Virus record (IMG/VR): IMGVR_UViG_3300032312_000540
Location: 1-46,815 of that record
Source: a virus
Taxonomy: Duplodnaviria; Caudoviricetes
Length of the DNA stretch: 46,815 nucleotides
Direction: 5' to 3' (one strand)
This document shows, piece by piece, positions 22,983-33,651 of the stretch; positions within the stretch are counted from its first letter, which is position 1, and the number at the start of each line of letters is the position of its first letter. The notes under the pieces are model-generated. The model saw only the letters and a list, made by a program, of their open reading frames with translations, did no database searches and was not told the DNA's origin. The position numbers were made by a program, and so were the translations under genes.

Positions 22983-25013
22983 ATGTCAGATATCTTTTCT
23001 TTTCGCTTGTCAGATGAGTTTGTAAATAAATACTCTACAATTCCAGCACCATTTGGCTTTACAGATGCTGGGTCAAATTCTTTAGGTGAGATTACGTTTA
23101 TACGTACATACTCTCGAATGAAAGAGGATGGAACAAAAGAAAGATGGCATGAGGTTTGTAAACGGGTAATTGAGGGAATGTATTCGGTACAAAAAAATCA
23201 TGCCAAAGACAATCGGCTACCATGGAATGACAACAAGGCTCAGAGATCTGCTCAAGAAGCCTATCAAAGAATGTTTGAATTAAAGTGGACACCTCCAGGT
23301 CGTGGTTTATGGGCATTTGGAACTCCAATGACTATGGAAAAGAAAAACTCTGCCTCTTTACAAAATTGCGCTATGGTCTCCACTCGTGATATTGATCGCA
23401 ATGATCCAGGAGCATTATTTGCTTGGGTAATGGATGCATTAATGTTAGGCATTGGTGTTGGTTTTGATACCGTTGGTCAAGATAAAGAAATTGCCATCTG
23501 TGCTCCAACAGAGCCAGAAAATGTATGGAATATTCCAGATACCCGTGAAGGCTGGGTAGACTCTGTAAGAATGCTCTTAAATTCTTATCTACGCCCTAAT
23601 CAGGCTATACAAAAGTTTAATTATGACCTTATCCGTCCTCTAGGTGCCCCAATAAAAGGCTTTGGAGGGGTTGCTAGCGGTCCAGCACCACTTGTGGCAC
23701 TACACGATAAGATCAACACAGTTATTGGCGGTAGAACAGGAGAAAAACTTGATTCTCGTGCAATTGTAGATATTGTTAACCTTATTGGTACATGCGTTGT
23801 TTCTGGAAACGTTCGTCGTTCTGCCACTTTGGCTTTAGGGTTGCCAGAAGATGAAGATTTTATTAATTTAAAAAATGCAGAAGTTTTTCCAGACAGAAAT
23901 TCATTTGATTCAAAAAATCCAGGTTGGGCTTGGATGTCTAATAACTCTATCTCTGCAGAAGTTGGAACAAAATATGAAGATTATGTTAACTTAATTGCAG
24001 ATAATGGTGAACCAGGATTTATTTGGTTAGACGTTGCTAGAGATTATGGAAGATTAGCAGATGCTGCAGACTATAAAGATTCTCGTGTCATGGGTTTTAA
24101 TCCATGTGCTGAACAACCATTAGAAAGTTATGAATTGTGCACACTTGTAGAAGTTCATTTAAATCGTCATGAAGATAAAGATGATTTTTTGCGTACATTA
24201 AAATTTGCATATTTATATGGAAAAACTGTTACGTTAATGCCAACACATTGGCAAACTACAAATGGAATTATGCAACGTAATCGTCGTATTGGAACATCAC
24301 TAACTGGTATTGCATCATTTGCAGATACAAAAGGTATGCCAGTAATTCGTGAGTGGATGGACGAAGGTTATAAAAAAATTCGTTCATACGATCATACATA
24401 TTCAGAATGGCTATGCGTACGTGAATCAATTCGTGTGACTACCGTCAAACCTTCTGGCTCTGTATCTTTGCTTTCTGGTGCAACTCCTGGAGTGCATTGG
24501 GGTCCTGGAGGAGCATTCTATCTTCGTGCTATTAGGTTTGGAAATACAGATCCAATGGTACATTTATTTAAAGCAGCAGGGTATAAAATTGAAGATGATG
24601 TAGTATCAGCAAACACTTCAGTAGTATATTTCCCAGTAGCATCTGGACATCCAAGATCTGAGAAAGATGTAAGTCTTTTTGAAAAGATTGGTTTGGCAGC
24701 AACTGCTCAAAAGTATTGGTCTGATAATGGAGTATCTGTAACTTTATCATTTGACAAAGAGTCTGAAACTAAACACATTGCCCCAGCACTTCACATGTAC
24801 GAAGGACAATTAAAAGCAGTTTCTTTTTTACCAATGGGTAATAAAACATATCCTCAGCAGCCATATACTCAAATTACAAGAGAAGAATATAACGCATATG
24901 TTGGGACAATTGGCAAAATTGATTGGTCTGCTATTTATGACGGCAAAGATAATCTTGATGCCGAGTCTGAAAAATACTGCTCAACAGACGCTTGCGAAAT
25001 TAAATTATATTAG
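22983..25013 (+). CDS. nrdJ: class II (adenosylcobalamin-dependent) ribonucleoside-triphosphate reductase, monomeric RTPR type
   Basis: PPGRGLW; LQNCA; FNPCAEQPL (thiyl Cys); ELCTLVE; TTVKPSG; C-terminal KYCSTDACE redox pair. Confidence 0.95.
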   Translation: MSDIFSFRLSDEFVNKYSTIPAPFGFTDAGSNSLGEITFIRTYSRMKEDGTKERWHEVCKRVIEGMYSVQKNHAKDNRLPWNDNKAQRSAQEAYQRMFELKWTPPGRGLWAFGTPMTMEKKNSASLQNCAMVSTRDIDRNDPGALFAWVMDALMLGIGVGFDTVGQDKEIAICAPTEPENVWNIPDTREGWVDSVRMLLNSYLRPNQAIQKFNYDLIRPLGAPIKGFGGVASGPAPLVALHDKINTVIGGRTGEKLDSRAIVDIVNLIGTCVVSGNVRRSATLALGLPEDEDFINLKNAEVFPDRNSFDSKNPGWAWMSNNSISAEVGTKYEDYVNLIADNGEPGFIWLDVARDYGRLADAADYKDSRVMGFNPCAEQPLESYELCTLVEVHLNRHEDKDDFLRTLKFAYLYGKTVTLMPTHWQTTNGIMQRNRRIGTSLTGIASFADTKGMPVIREWMDEGYKKIRSYDHTYSEWLCVRESIRVTTVKPSGSVSLLSGATPGVHWGPGGAFYLRAIRFGNTDPMVHLFKAAGYKIEDDVVSANTSVVYFPVASGHPRSEKDVSLFEKIGLAATAQKYWSDNGVSVTLSFDKESETKHIAPALHMYEGQLKAVSFLPMGNKTYPQQPYTQITREEYNAYVGTIGKIDWSAIYDGKDNLDAESEKYCSTDACEIKLY

Positions 25014-25048
25014 TTTTCTCCCTGCTATAATAAGAGCATAGGAGAAAT

Positions 25049-28000
25049 ATGGCCAACCCGTCTAATTTGTATGCAGAAAAAATATTTTCAGAGCATCCTC
25101 TGGCGCTATGGGCCTTGGATCAAACTGTTGACTATATAAGTTTATTTAATTTAAACTATCAGGATATTCAAAATTTTTGGACGGTAAGTGGAGCAACTGC
25201 CTCCCTAGAAACATCAAATGTAGATGCACCATTTTCTACAATAGAAGTAAATAAATTATTAGGAACTGTTCCTGCAGGAGCAACTGCAGATATTGTTTGC
25301 ATTAGCCCAAATTTAGTAAATTTTTCAGATTTAAATGCAGCCCTTGGCACATTCTGTATAAGCGGTCACGTATATATTGATAGCGTACATACAAAGTCTA
25401 TATCTATTGGATTTGAATATACCGACACAACAACCTCAACTGTAGTTCAAAAATTAAAAACTTATGAAAACCTTACCGAAAACTCTTGGGTTTTTCTTTC
25501 ACAAACTTCAGATATAGTCAATAGCAATACAACACTTAGAGTTGTAATAAAAATAACCTCTATGACTGGTGGCGCAGCACCATCTGATTACTTATATTAT
25601 ATAAATGGAATTACTGTTGGACAATGGTCTGAAGAATTTAATTATCAATCACTTGGCGTTGTTCCAGCATCAATGCCAGCATCAATAGCATTAACATCAG
25701 AAAAAGTAATTTCTTCACCAGCCTACGGAGTGTCTGGGGAAAATGCTTATCACGTAGTTTCAGACAACAGTCTTTTTGCAAAAAATACAAGCATACCTTT
25801 GGTTTATGGAGCATCTAACGTAACAACACTTAAACCAAATCCCAGTGGAGAGCCATCATTAATTGTTCCAGGAAAGGGATTTTTAAATCAAGTTGGTCAA
25901 TATAAAGATTACACTGTAGAGTTTTGGGCAAGAGTAAACTCAGATTCTTTTATCTCTAAAAAAATATTTGGACCAATAGCATCAGAAGATGGACTTTATG
26001 TTGATAATGGATTTTTAACTTTAGTAATAGGTAAAAATTTTGCATCTCATTTTGTTGGAGAATGGTTTAGACCAATGCTGATTCAAATTAGATTAATTAG
26101 AAATGCTGCAAGTTTAATTTTAAATGGAGAAGAAGTCATATCCTTAACAATTGAAACAGATAACCTTGAACTACCAAAAGAGTATAGTCAATCAAATAAA
26201 AACCAAGACTGGCTAGGGTTTTATGCATACGATGACATTACTCCAATTGACATAGATTGTGTTGCAATTTATTCTTATCAGGTTCCTATAAATGTAGCAA
26301 AAAGAAGATGGGTTTATGGACAAGGAGTTATTTCTCCAGAAGGTATAAATTCTTCTTACGGAGGAACCTCTGCATTTATTGATTACTCTTTTGCAGATTA
26401 TACTGCTAATTATAGTTATCCAGATTTTGCTGAATGGCAACAAGGTTCGTTTGATAATTTATCAACAACAACAAAAGTTTTAAGAACTCCTGAATACGAA
26501 CTTCCAGAAATCTTTTTATCAGAAAAAACTTTAGAAGAACTATATCAAGATAACAAGTCAATTCAAAATAGCGTTTCTGGACCAATTGATGATAAAACTT
26601 TTATAACTTTTAGACCTAATAATTCTTGGAACACAAAAACATGCTATTTCAATTTTAACAATTTTAATATTTTAAACAGTAAAATAGATTGTTTTTACGG
26701 TGTTTTTAGTAATCATAATCTTAATTCTAATCAAACTTTATTTAAAATTTATAATTCTTTAAACAATAATTATTTTTCAATTGAACAAAATCAAAATGTA
26801 ATTACCTATAATCTATACTATAATGAAATAAATCAAATTATATATACATCTGAAATAATTGAATCTCATCAATTATTTTCTGCAGGAATTAACATAGACT
26901 TATTAATAGAGACTTTTGGTGGAAATATTTCTACATTTTTTGGTAGTCGAAACTCATTAAAAATGTATGTTGGAGGAGATGGATCTTTAGGTAAAACCTT
27001 TTTAGGAAGAATGTATTCTATAGGATTTTCTACAACAAAAAATACAATACCTATATCTGATTATTTTAATTCTGAAGGTATAGCAATTTTTGATGATATG
27101 TCTGTTTCAGGTATTACAGAAGAAGAAAATGCTCTTGGACTATTTAATCATTTAGCAAGTTACACACTGCTACCTTTAGAGGCTTATAACTCTTATTTTT
27201 TAGATATAGGTGTATCTGGTTCTTGGCAAGACTATTTACCACTTTCTTATTTTGCTCAATTTGTAACTAACGATGTTGGTAATCAATTTTATGATTTAGA
27301 TTTTTTACAATTTAACGTAGGCGTTCCGTCACCAACTTCTTTAATAGAAAATGAAACTACTTCATCTTGGACTTACGCAGAATTATCTCAAAGTTATTTT
27401 CAACCAAATCAACAGACATATTATCAATTTGATAACCAGTTGCTAAGTGGTTGGAATGATTACGAAGATGCTCAACAAAATGTTGTAAAAACTTATGAGT
27501 ATGACACAACAGATTATGTAGTTCGGTCTTATGTAACTTTTCAATACATTAAGGATGGCGCTAACTTACTAGATAGTGATTTTACTATTACTAAACCAGT
27601 ATTGCGTGACTCTATTATTGATATAGATGAACATCCAGATTGGGAAATAACAAAATTTGAAATTGCTAATAATGCATTAGTTTATCCAAGTAAAACTATA
27701 GATTTTAATGATCTAGCAATTGTTTATAATTTAGAATTTAACGTACGTGGAATATTAAGTAAGCCAGTTTTATTAAATAGACTTCAAATTGCTTCTCAAG
27801 CATTTAATGATAACTCATTTAATCCAATTGGAACAAGGTTCGGAGTTGACCTATTTCCGTATAAACGTTCAGGAATTTATTATGATTATAAATCTAAAAA
27901 CCCTTTTACTATTTATAAAGGCAGCACCCCTTATCTTTATTTAACAAAAGACTCTGGAATTCAGGTTCGTGGAGATATTCTTTCTTTAGAGAGTCGTGGT

Positions 28001-28684
28001 ATTTCTCTGCCAATAAACCAAACACTATCTTCAGATTACCTTGTTAGTTCAGTACAAATGTGGCTTAGATATTCAGAAAACGAATTTCCACCAGTTTTAA
28101 CAGAGTTGTTTGAAATTGTTTATAAAGAAGATATTTTTAAATTTTACATAATAGCAAATAGCACCACTGGTAATAGAGGAAGAGTTTTTGCAAAAAATAT
28201 TTCAACTGGCCAAATAATTGATAATCTTAAATATTATTGGAATGGCATAGAGGTTAATGAGCCAATTCTTACTTCTAAGGAGTGGGGGGTTCTTGGAGTA
28301 TCCTTCCCTGATGCACTTAACTTTGATGAATTTTTAGGGGCAATTAATATTAATGGACCTGTACTATTTAATAATGTGGCATATTACCAAGCCAATAATT
28401 TACAGCAAATTCAGGGAACAGATACGAGGGCTTGGATTAGGGTAAAAACAGAGGATGCAATTAACTTTAACTGGTCATTTTGGCAAACAAATAAGACTTG
28501 GTACCAAACGTTGGTAGTGGGATCATCAAACTTATACGGAGTAGATTTAGGAGATATTTATCAAACATACTTAGGTACTAACAAAATAATATTTGATGAT
28601 GAAAATGGTTTAAGTTTAGACTCAGATAAAATGCAAATATATCAGGATGTGACTTGGTCAACAAGCGTTGCTTCAGCCCTATAA
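25049..28684 (+). CDS. large virion/tail protein with a LamG/concanavalin-like domain
   Basis: SEHPLALWALD N-terminus; YTVEFW...LILNGE...IDCVAIY pattern; AGGAG SD. Confidence 0.55.
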   Translation: MANPSNLYAEKIFSEHPLALWALDQTVDYISLFNLNYQDIQNFWTVSGATASLETSNVDAPFSTIEVNKLLGTVPAGATADIVCISPNLVNFSDLNAALGTFCISGHVYIDSVHTKSISIGFEYTDTTTSTVVQKLKTYENLTENSWVFLSQTSDIVNSNTTLRVVIKITSMTGGAAPSDYLYYINGITVGQWSEEFNYQSLGVVPASMPASIALTSEKVISSPAYGVSGENAYHVVSDNSLFAKNTSIPLVYGASNVTTLKPNPSGEPSLIVPGKGFLNQVGQYKDYTVEFWARVNSDSFISKKIFGPIASEDGLYVDNGFLTLVIGKNFASHFVGEWFRPMLIQIRLIRNAASLILNGEEVISLTIETDNLELPKEYSQSNKNQDWLGFYAYDDITPIDIDCVAIYSYQVPINVAKRRWVYGQGVISPEGINSSYGGTSAFIDYSFADYTANYSYPDFAEWQQGSFDNLSTTTKVLRTPEYELPEIFLSEKTLEELYQDNKSIQNSVSGPIDDKTFITFRPNNSWNTKTCYFNFNNFNILNSKIDCFYGVFSNHNLNSNQTLFKIYNSLNNNYFSIEQNQNVITYNLYYNEINQIIYTSEIIESHQLFSAGINIDLLIETFGGNISTFFGSRNSLKMYVGGDGSLGKTFLGRMYSIGFSTTKNTIPISDYFNSEGIAIFDDMSVSGITEEENALGLFNHLASYTLLPLEAYNSYFLDIGVSGSWQDYLPLSYFAQFVTNDVGNQFYDLDFLQFNVGVPSPTSLIENETTSSWTYAELSQSYFQPNQQTYYQFDNQLLSGWNDYEDAQQNVVKTYEYDTTDYVVRSYVTFQYIKDGANLLDSDFTITKPVLRDSIIDIDEHPDWEITKFEIANNALVYPSKTIDFNDLAIVYNLEFNVRGILSKPVLLNRLQIASQAFNDNSFNPIGTRFGVDLFPYKRSGIYYDYKSKNPFTIYKGSTPYLYLTKDSGIQVRGDILSLESRGISLPINQTLSSDYLVSSVQMWLRYSENEFPPVLTELFEIVYKEDIFKFYIIANSTTGNRGRVFAKNISTGQIIDNLKYYWNGIEVNEPILTSKEWGVLGVSFPDALNFDEFLGAININGPVLFNNVAYYQANNLQQIQGTDTRAWIRVKTEDAINFNWSFWQTNKTWYQTLVVGSSNLYGVDLGDIYQTYLGTNKIIFDDENGLSLDSDKMQIYQDVTWSTSVASAL

Positions 28685-28702
28685 TATGCTATACTGATGG
28701 TT

Positions 28703-29074
28703 ATGGATAATGAAATTCTTAAAAAAGTTGGTAATGTCCGACGCAAAGTAATTGAAAAAGACTACAATTGGGGTCTTTATGTGTACAAAAAGTCAAATGG
28801 TTCATGGTTTACAGACGGTACTGGCAGCATATTAAACATACCATCAGAGCGTGGAGACATTACAAAAATTTCAGAATTAAAAAAAGTTGCTATTCATTAT
28901 GGCGACGATGGTGAAGGAAGTGCAGTATTTGTTCCTGGACTTACAAGAATTAGCGAGGAAGAGCATTCTGAACAACTAGATAGAATGAAGAATGGTTTAA
29001 TTCCTTCCATGAATGATCATGGTGCTTGGGTAGCAGCACGACAAACCTATGATAAGTATGGTAGCAATGAGTGA
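28703..29074 (+). CDS. hypothetical protein immediately upstream of the portal
   Basis: ORF track; start moved to ATG 28703, 7 nt after TGCTATACT (28687-28695). Confidence 0.7.
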   Translation: MDNEILKKVGNVRRKVIEKDYNWGLYVYKKSNGSWFTDGTGSILNIPSERGDITKISELKKVAIHYGDDGEGSAVFVPGLTRISEEEHSEQLDRMKNGLIPSMNDHGAWVAARQTYDKYGSNE

Positions 29075-30662
29075 AGAATACGTAAGAGTTGGATTAAACA
29101 CACAAGAAAAAGATGGCAATCCATTTTCACAACAAGACCCATTTAATAAAACTTGGGATACATTAAAAGATTTTACAGGACTAGAGCAAAATTTCCGTAG
29201 AAAAACTGCAAGAAATGTTACAAAGGCAATGAACTTTGCAACAAATGAATATTTAGATTCTGCTAACGCTACACCATCTGGAGTAGATGCAGGATCAAAG
29301 GCCATTAATCCTGGCACGGTATATAGAAATGGTTACGGACTATTTGACGTAATTACTCCACCATATAATATGTATGAATTAGCGAACTTTTATGACACAT
29401 CATTTGCTAATCATGCTGCAATTGATGCCAAGGTAGAGAATGTGGTTGGACTTGGATACCGTTTTGATATTGCAGATAGAACAATGCTTAGGTTTGAAAT
29501 GAGTCAAGATCAAGCAGCAGTTGATCGTGCTCGTAACAGAATCGAAAGAATGAAACTTGAGTTAAAGGATTGGCTAGAAAACCTTAACGATGACGACTCA
29601 TTTACTAAGACTATGGAAAAATTTTACACAGATGTTCAGGCAACTGGAAATGGATTTCTTGAAATTGGTAGAACAGTAACTGGTGAAATTGGCTACGTTG
29701 GTCATATTCCCGCAACCACTGTTCGTGTTCGTCGCTTACATGATGGGTTTGTTCAGATTATTGGAAACTCAGTAGTTTATTTTAGAAACTTTGGTGCTAA
29801 AAATCCAAACCCAATGACTAATGATGCACGTCCAAATGAGATTATTCATTATAAAGAATACTCTCCACTAAATACATTTTATGGTATTCCAGACATTGTT
29901 GCTGCTATGCCGTCACTTATTGGTGATCAATTAGCCTCACAATACAATATTGATTACTTTGAAAACAAGGCAGTTCCCAGATATATCGTAACACTAAAGG
30001 GTGCAAAATTATCATCCGACGGTGAAGACAAGATGTTTAGATTTTTGCAAACTGGACTTAAGTCTCAATCACATAGAACTCTTTATATCCCACTTCCTGG
30101 AGATACCGAGAATAATAAGGTTGAGTTTAAAATGGAGCCAATTGAAAATGGCATTCAAGAAGGATCATTTAAAGAGTATCGCAAGCAAAATCGTGACGAT
30201 ATTCTAATTGCACATCAAGTCCCAATATCTAAACTTGGTGGAGCAGATTCTGGCATTGCAGCGGCATTATCGCAAGATCGTACCTTTAAAGAGCAAGTAT
30301 CTCGTCCAGCACAAAAGCATCTTGAAAAAGTTGTCAATAAACTTATTCGTGAAAAGACAGATATCCTTGAACTTAAGTTTAACGAACTAACCCTTACAGA
30401 TGAAATTGCTCAATCTCAAATTATTGAGCGTTATGTAAAGACACAGGTTATGACTCCAAACGAGGCTCGTGAAAAGTTAGACCTTCCACAAAGAGCCGAT
30501 GGAGATGAGCCATTTGTTATGTCTCCAAGACAGGCAACAGATACAAGGGCCAATGTGGCAGGGAACCGTCAAAGAGATGCAGAAAGAACAAATAACAATT
30601 CTGATTCTACTACAACTATATCTGGTCGTAATGCACAGGGTGAAGGCAGATCATCTCAATAA
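29067..30662 (+). CDS. portal protein
   Basis: D...TGNG.LEI.R; EIIH.K.YSP...FYGIP; YF.N.A.P; I..A..VP..KLG; MTPNEAREKL.LP. Confidence 0.92.
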   Translation: MSEEYVRVGLNTQEKDGNPFSQQDPFNKTWDTLKDFTGLEQNFRRKTARNVTKAMNFATNEYLDSANATPSGVDAGSKAINPGTVYRNGYGLFDVITPPYNMYELANFYDTSFANHAAIDAKVENVVGLGYRFDIADRTMLRFEMSQDQAAVDRARNRIERMKLELKDWLENLNDDDSFTKTMEKFYTDVQATGNGFLEIGRTVTGEIGYVGHIPATTVRVRRLHDGFVQIIGNSVVYFRNFGAKNPNPMTNDARPNEIIHYKEYSPLNTFYGIPDIVAAMPSLIGDQLASQYNIDYFENKAVPRYIVTLKGAKLSSDGEDKMFRFLQTGLKSQSHRTLYIPLPGDTENNKVEFKMEPIENGIQEGSFKEYRKQNRDDILIAHQVPISKLGGADSGIAAALSQDRTFKEQVSRPAQKHLEKVVNKLIREKTDILELKFNELTLTDEIAQSQIIERYVKTQVMTPNEAREKLDLPQRADGDEPFVMSPRQATDTRANVAGNRQRDAERTNNNSDSTTTISGRNAQGEGRSSQ

Positions 30663-30703
30663 ATGAGATAATTGTAAAATAGTTTGGTATAATGGATAAC
30701 GAT

Positions 30704-32023
30704 ATGTTAATAAATAAGGCTCATTGGGAAACTACTGGCGACAGCGTTCGTCTATCAATGCCTATTGGTAAAATAGACGTAGAGCGTCGCATGGTTTCTG
30801 GTTTTGCTACTTTAGATAATATTGATAAACAAGGCGACATTGTAACAACAGAGTCAAGCGTAGAAGCATTCAAAAACTTTAGAGGAAACCTGCGTGAGAT
30901 GCACCAACCATCTGCAGTTGGAAAAATTGTATCATTTAAAGAGGATCGCTATTTTGATCCATCAGTTAAAAAGTTTTATAGTGGAGTGTATGTTTCAGCA
31001 TATGTTTCAAAAGGTGCACAAGATGCATGGGAAAAAGTATTAGATGGAACCTATAAAGGTTTTTCTATTGGCGGTAACATTAAAAATTGGGATGATGCAT
31101 ATAACGAAGAACTAAGCAAAACCATCCGTGTAATTAAAGAATATGATTTATTTGAGTTATCGTTAGTTGACAATCCTGCAAATCAATTTGCAAACATTGT
31201 ATCTATTGAAAAAGTAGATGGTAAAAATGTTGTTGGTGGATATCTTTCAAAGGCAGAAATTGAAAATGTGTTTTGGGATTCAGAAACTGGAATCGTTATG
31301 GTGTCAGAATCTGAAAACGAAACAAGCCCTACATCAGGAAAAGCAATGCAAAACATTGGCTTTATTGAAAAGGGAGACAAAAATAATACAGAAACACTAA
31401 AGTTCTTAGTTGATAGTGCTAAAGGCATTAGTACAATTAAGATTACAAAGGAGGTTAGTCCTATGACTGAAACAACAGGAGCAGTGGTTGACACTGCAGT
31501 TGAAGAAGTAAAGGTCGCTCCAGAGGCACAACTAGCAGCAGTTGAAGAAACTGTTGCAGTTGCTGAGGAGGCACCAGCAGTTGAAGAACTTGCTCTTGCT
31601 AAATCTAGCGATGGTAGTGCAAATTCTTCTGTTGAAAAAACAGAAGAGGGAGAAGTTGTTGCAACTGAAACTGTTGTAGCAAAGTCTGATGAAGTAATTG
31701 TTGAGGCAGTTACAGAAATCAAGAATTCTCTTACAAATGCCTTTGGCGATTTAGCAACAACCGTTAAGTCTCTTCACGAGCAAATTGTTGCATTGAGTAA
31801 GTCTCTTGACACAGTATCAGGTGAGGTTAAGACCGTATCTGATGAAGTAAAAAATGTTAAGGGAGTTTTTAATGAGTTTGGTAAGCGAGTAGATCTTGTA
31901 GAACAAGACACCGCTTTCCGCAAGTCTGGCGATCTAGGCGAGATCGTGCAGTTTGAACCGTCAAAAGTTCAGAAATCCCTATGGGGCGGTCGTTTCCTCA
32001 CATCAACCGACCTATTTAACTAA
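30704..32023 (+). CDS. prohead protease with an acidic/coiled-coil scaffold-like C-terminus
   Basis: V.GFAT...D.QGD; LREMH; G.YKGFSIGG; L.ELSLVD.PAN; start moved to 30704 because ATG 30692 overlaps the -10 box. Confidence 0.88.
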   Translation: MLINKAHWETTGDSVRLSMPIGKIDVERRMVSGFATLDNIDKQGDIVTTESSVEAFKNFRGNLREMHQPSAVGKIVSFKEDRYFDPSVKKFYSGVYVSAYVSKGAQDAWEKVLDGTYKGFSIGGNIKNWDDAYNEELSKTIRVIKEYDLFELSLVDNPANQFANIVSIEKVDGKNVVGGYLSKAEIENVFWDSETGIVMVSESENETSPTSGKAMQNIGFIEKGDKNNTETLKFLVDSAKGISTIKITKEVSPMTETTGAVVDTAVEEVKVAPEAQLAAVEETVAVAEEAPAVEELALAKSSDGSANSSVEKTEEGEVVATETVVAKSDEVIVEAVTEIKNSLTNAFGDLATTVKSLHEQIVALSKSLDTVSGEVKTVSDEVKNVKGVFNEFGKRVDLVEQDTAFRKSGDLGEIVQFEPSKVQKSLWGGRFLTSTDLFN

Positions 32024-32052
32024 GCAATAAAATCACTAGGAGGTGAAAAATA

Positions 32053-33204
32053 ATGTCGGAACAAAATAAAGACCTAGAAAAGAACTACCCAGGATCAGGC
32101 GGAGCAGGCAGTGAGATTAACTCTCAAGGCTCATTCGTATCTGGTGGCGTAGGTAGTGCTACTGGTTTAAACTCTGCAGCACAATCTGTAGGATCACAAC
32201 TTGGTAACACTGCAACTGCAGCATTCGGATCAACATCTGGAGACAATGCAGTAAACCCAACAGGCGTCGCAGGTGGTATTCTAGCACCAGAACAAGCACG
32301 TCGCTTCATCGACTATGTGTGGGATGCAACAGTTCTCGCTAAAGATGGTCGTAGAGTTACAATGCGTGCCAATACAATGGAGATCGAAAAGGTCAACGTT
32401 GGAGAGCGTGTTATCCGTGCTGCCGCACAAGGCGCACCAGATTACACAAACATTGGTGCAACATTCTCAAAGGTTGAATTAACTACCAAAAAGATTCGTC
32501 TTGATTGGGAAGTATCAACTGAAGCATTAGAAGACAATATTGAAGGTGGTGCACTTGAAGATCATTTAGTTCGCTTAATGACCAATGCATTCGCTAACGA
32601 TATTGAAGACCTTGCAATTAATGGTCTAGGAACAGGCGCAGATGCCTTCCTTTCCATCATGCCTGGCTTTGTTAAGCAAACTCGTGGAACAGTAGGAAAT
32701 GCTGCTCACGAATATGCTGCAACAGTTGCAGACAACAACTACTCAACATCAGTAATGCAAGGCTTGCTATTAGCAATGCCTCGTAAGTATCGTGCACTTA
32801 AGGCAAACCTTAAGTTTTACGCAGGTACTGATGCTTTTGCTGGTATTGTTCGTAACAACGGTACACTTGCTGATGCAGTTGCAGAAGCATTTGCTAACCG
32901 TCCAGGAAGCACTGAGGCAAACCGTCAAGCATTCCTTGATGGCGGAGCACAAACACTAGGTAACTCACGTACAACTCGTGTACTTGGTGTAGATGTTCTT
33001 GAAGTTCCTTACTACCCTGCAGGTTATGTTGATTTAACATTCCCTCAGAACCGTGTATGGGGTTTCCAAAGAGACATCACTGTAAACCGTGAATACAAGC
33101 CAAAGAAAGATACAATTGAGTACACAGTATTTGTACGCTTTGGTATCCAATGGGAAGAACTAGATGCAGTCGCTTATGTTGACTCAGATAGCGCTGATTC
33201 CTAA
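32053..33204 (+). CDS. major capsid protein (HK97 fold)
   Basis: GGIL.PEQA.RFID; EVSTEALEDNIEG; F.NDIEDLAING; position after the protease; AGGAGGTG SD; followed by a terminator. Confidence 0.92.
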   Translation: MSEQNKDLEKNYPGSGGAGSEINSQGSFVSGGVGSATGLNSAAQSVGSQLGNTATAAFGSTSGDNAVNPTGVAGGILAPEQARRFIDYVWDATVLAKDGRRVTMRANTMEIEKVNVGERVIRAAAQGAPDYTNIGATFSKVELTTKKIRLDWEVSTEALEDNIEGGALEDHLVRLMTNAFANDIEDLAINGLGTGADAFLSIMPGFVKQTRGTVGNAAHEYAATVADNNYSTSVMQGLLLAMPRKYRALKANLKFYAGTDAFAGIVRNNGTLADAVAEAFANRPGSTEANRQAFLDGGAQTLGNSRTTRVLGVDVLEVPYYPAGYVDLTFPQNRVWGFQRDITVNREYKPKKDTIEYTVFVRFGIQWEELDAVAYVDSDSADS

Positions 33205-33224
33205 GATCTAAAAGATCAAATATT

Positions 33225-33260
33225 AGGGCGGGTAGCGTAAAAACTACCCGCCTTATTCTT
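33225..33260 (+). terminator. intrinsic terminator after the major capsid gene
   Basis: AGGGCGGGTAG-loop-CTACCCGCCTT followed by a T-rich tract. Confidence 0.75.
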
Positions 33261-33295
33261 ATTCTGGTATAATTACAAATAAGCATAGGAGAATT

Positions 33296-33649
33296 ATGAA
33301 TTTAACAATAGAAGAATTATCTACTAAAACTGTAATGGCACTTAAAGCATATGCAAAGAAAAATAAGATAGAGTTGTTTGAAGCAAACACCAAACTTGAA
33401 ATTTTAGAAATTTTGGCTAGTTGGATTCCACCAGTATTAAAAGAAGAAGTTGTAGAAGAAGCAGGAAAAGAAAAAACAATAAAAAATAAAATAGCATTAT
33501 ACTCAGATAGAAACCTACACATGGATAACCTAGGTGCTCTTAAGGTAGGATACAACATAGTCTCAAAGGAGGCATCCGAAAAATGGTTAACTCACAGGTT
33601 GGTAAGAATTGCACCACCTGAAGAGGTAGCCTCATACTACGGTAAATAA
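33296..33649 (+). CDS. hypothetical protein with an N-terminal Rho-N/HeH-like helical motif
   Basis: L..KTV..LKAYAKK..I.L....K.EIL..L pattern. Confidence 0.55.
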   Translation: MNLTIEELSTKTVMALKAYAKKNKIELFEANTKLEILEILASWIPPVLKEEVVEEAGKEKTIKNKIALYSDRNLHMDNLGALKVGYNIVSKEASEKWLTHRLVRIAPPEEVASYYGK

Positions 33650-33651
33650 AA

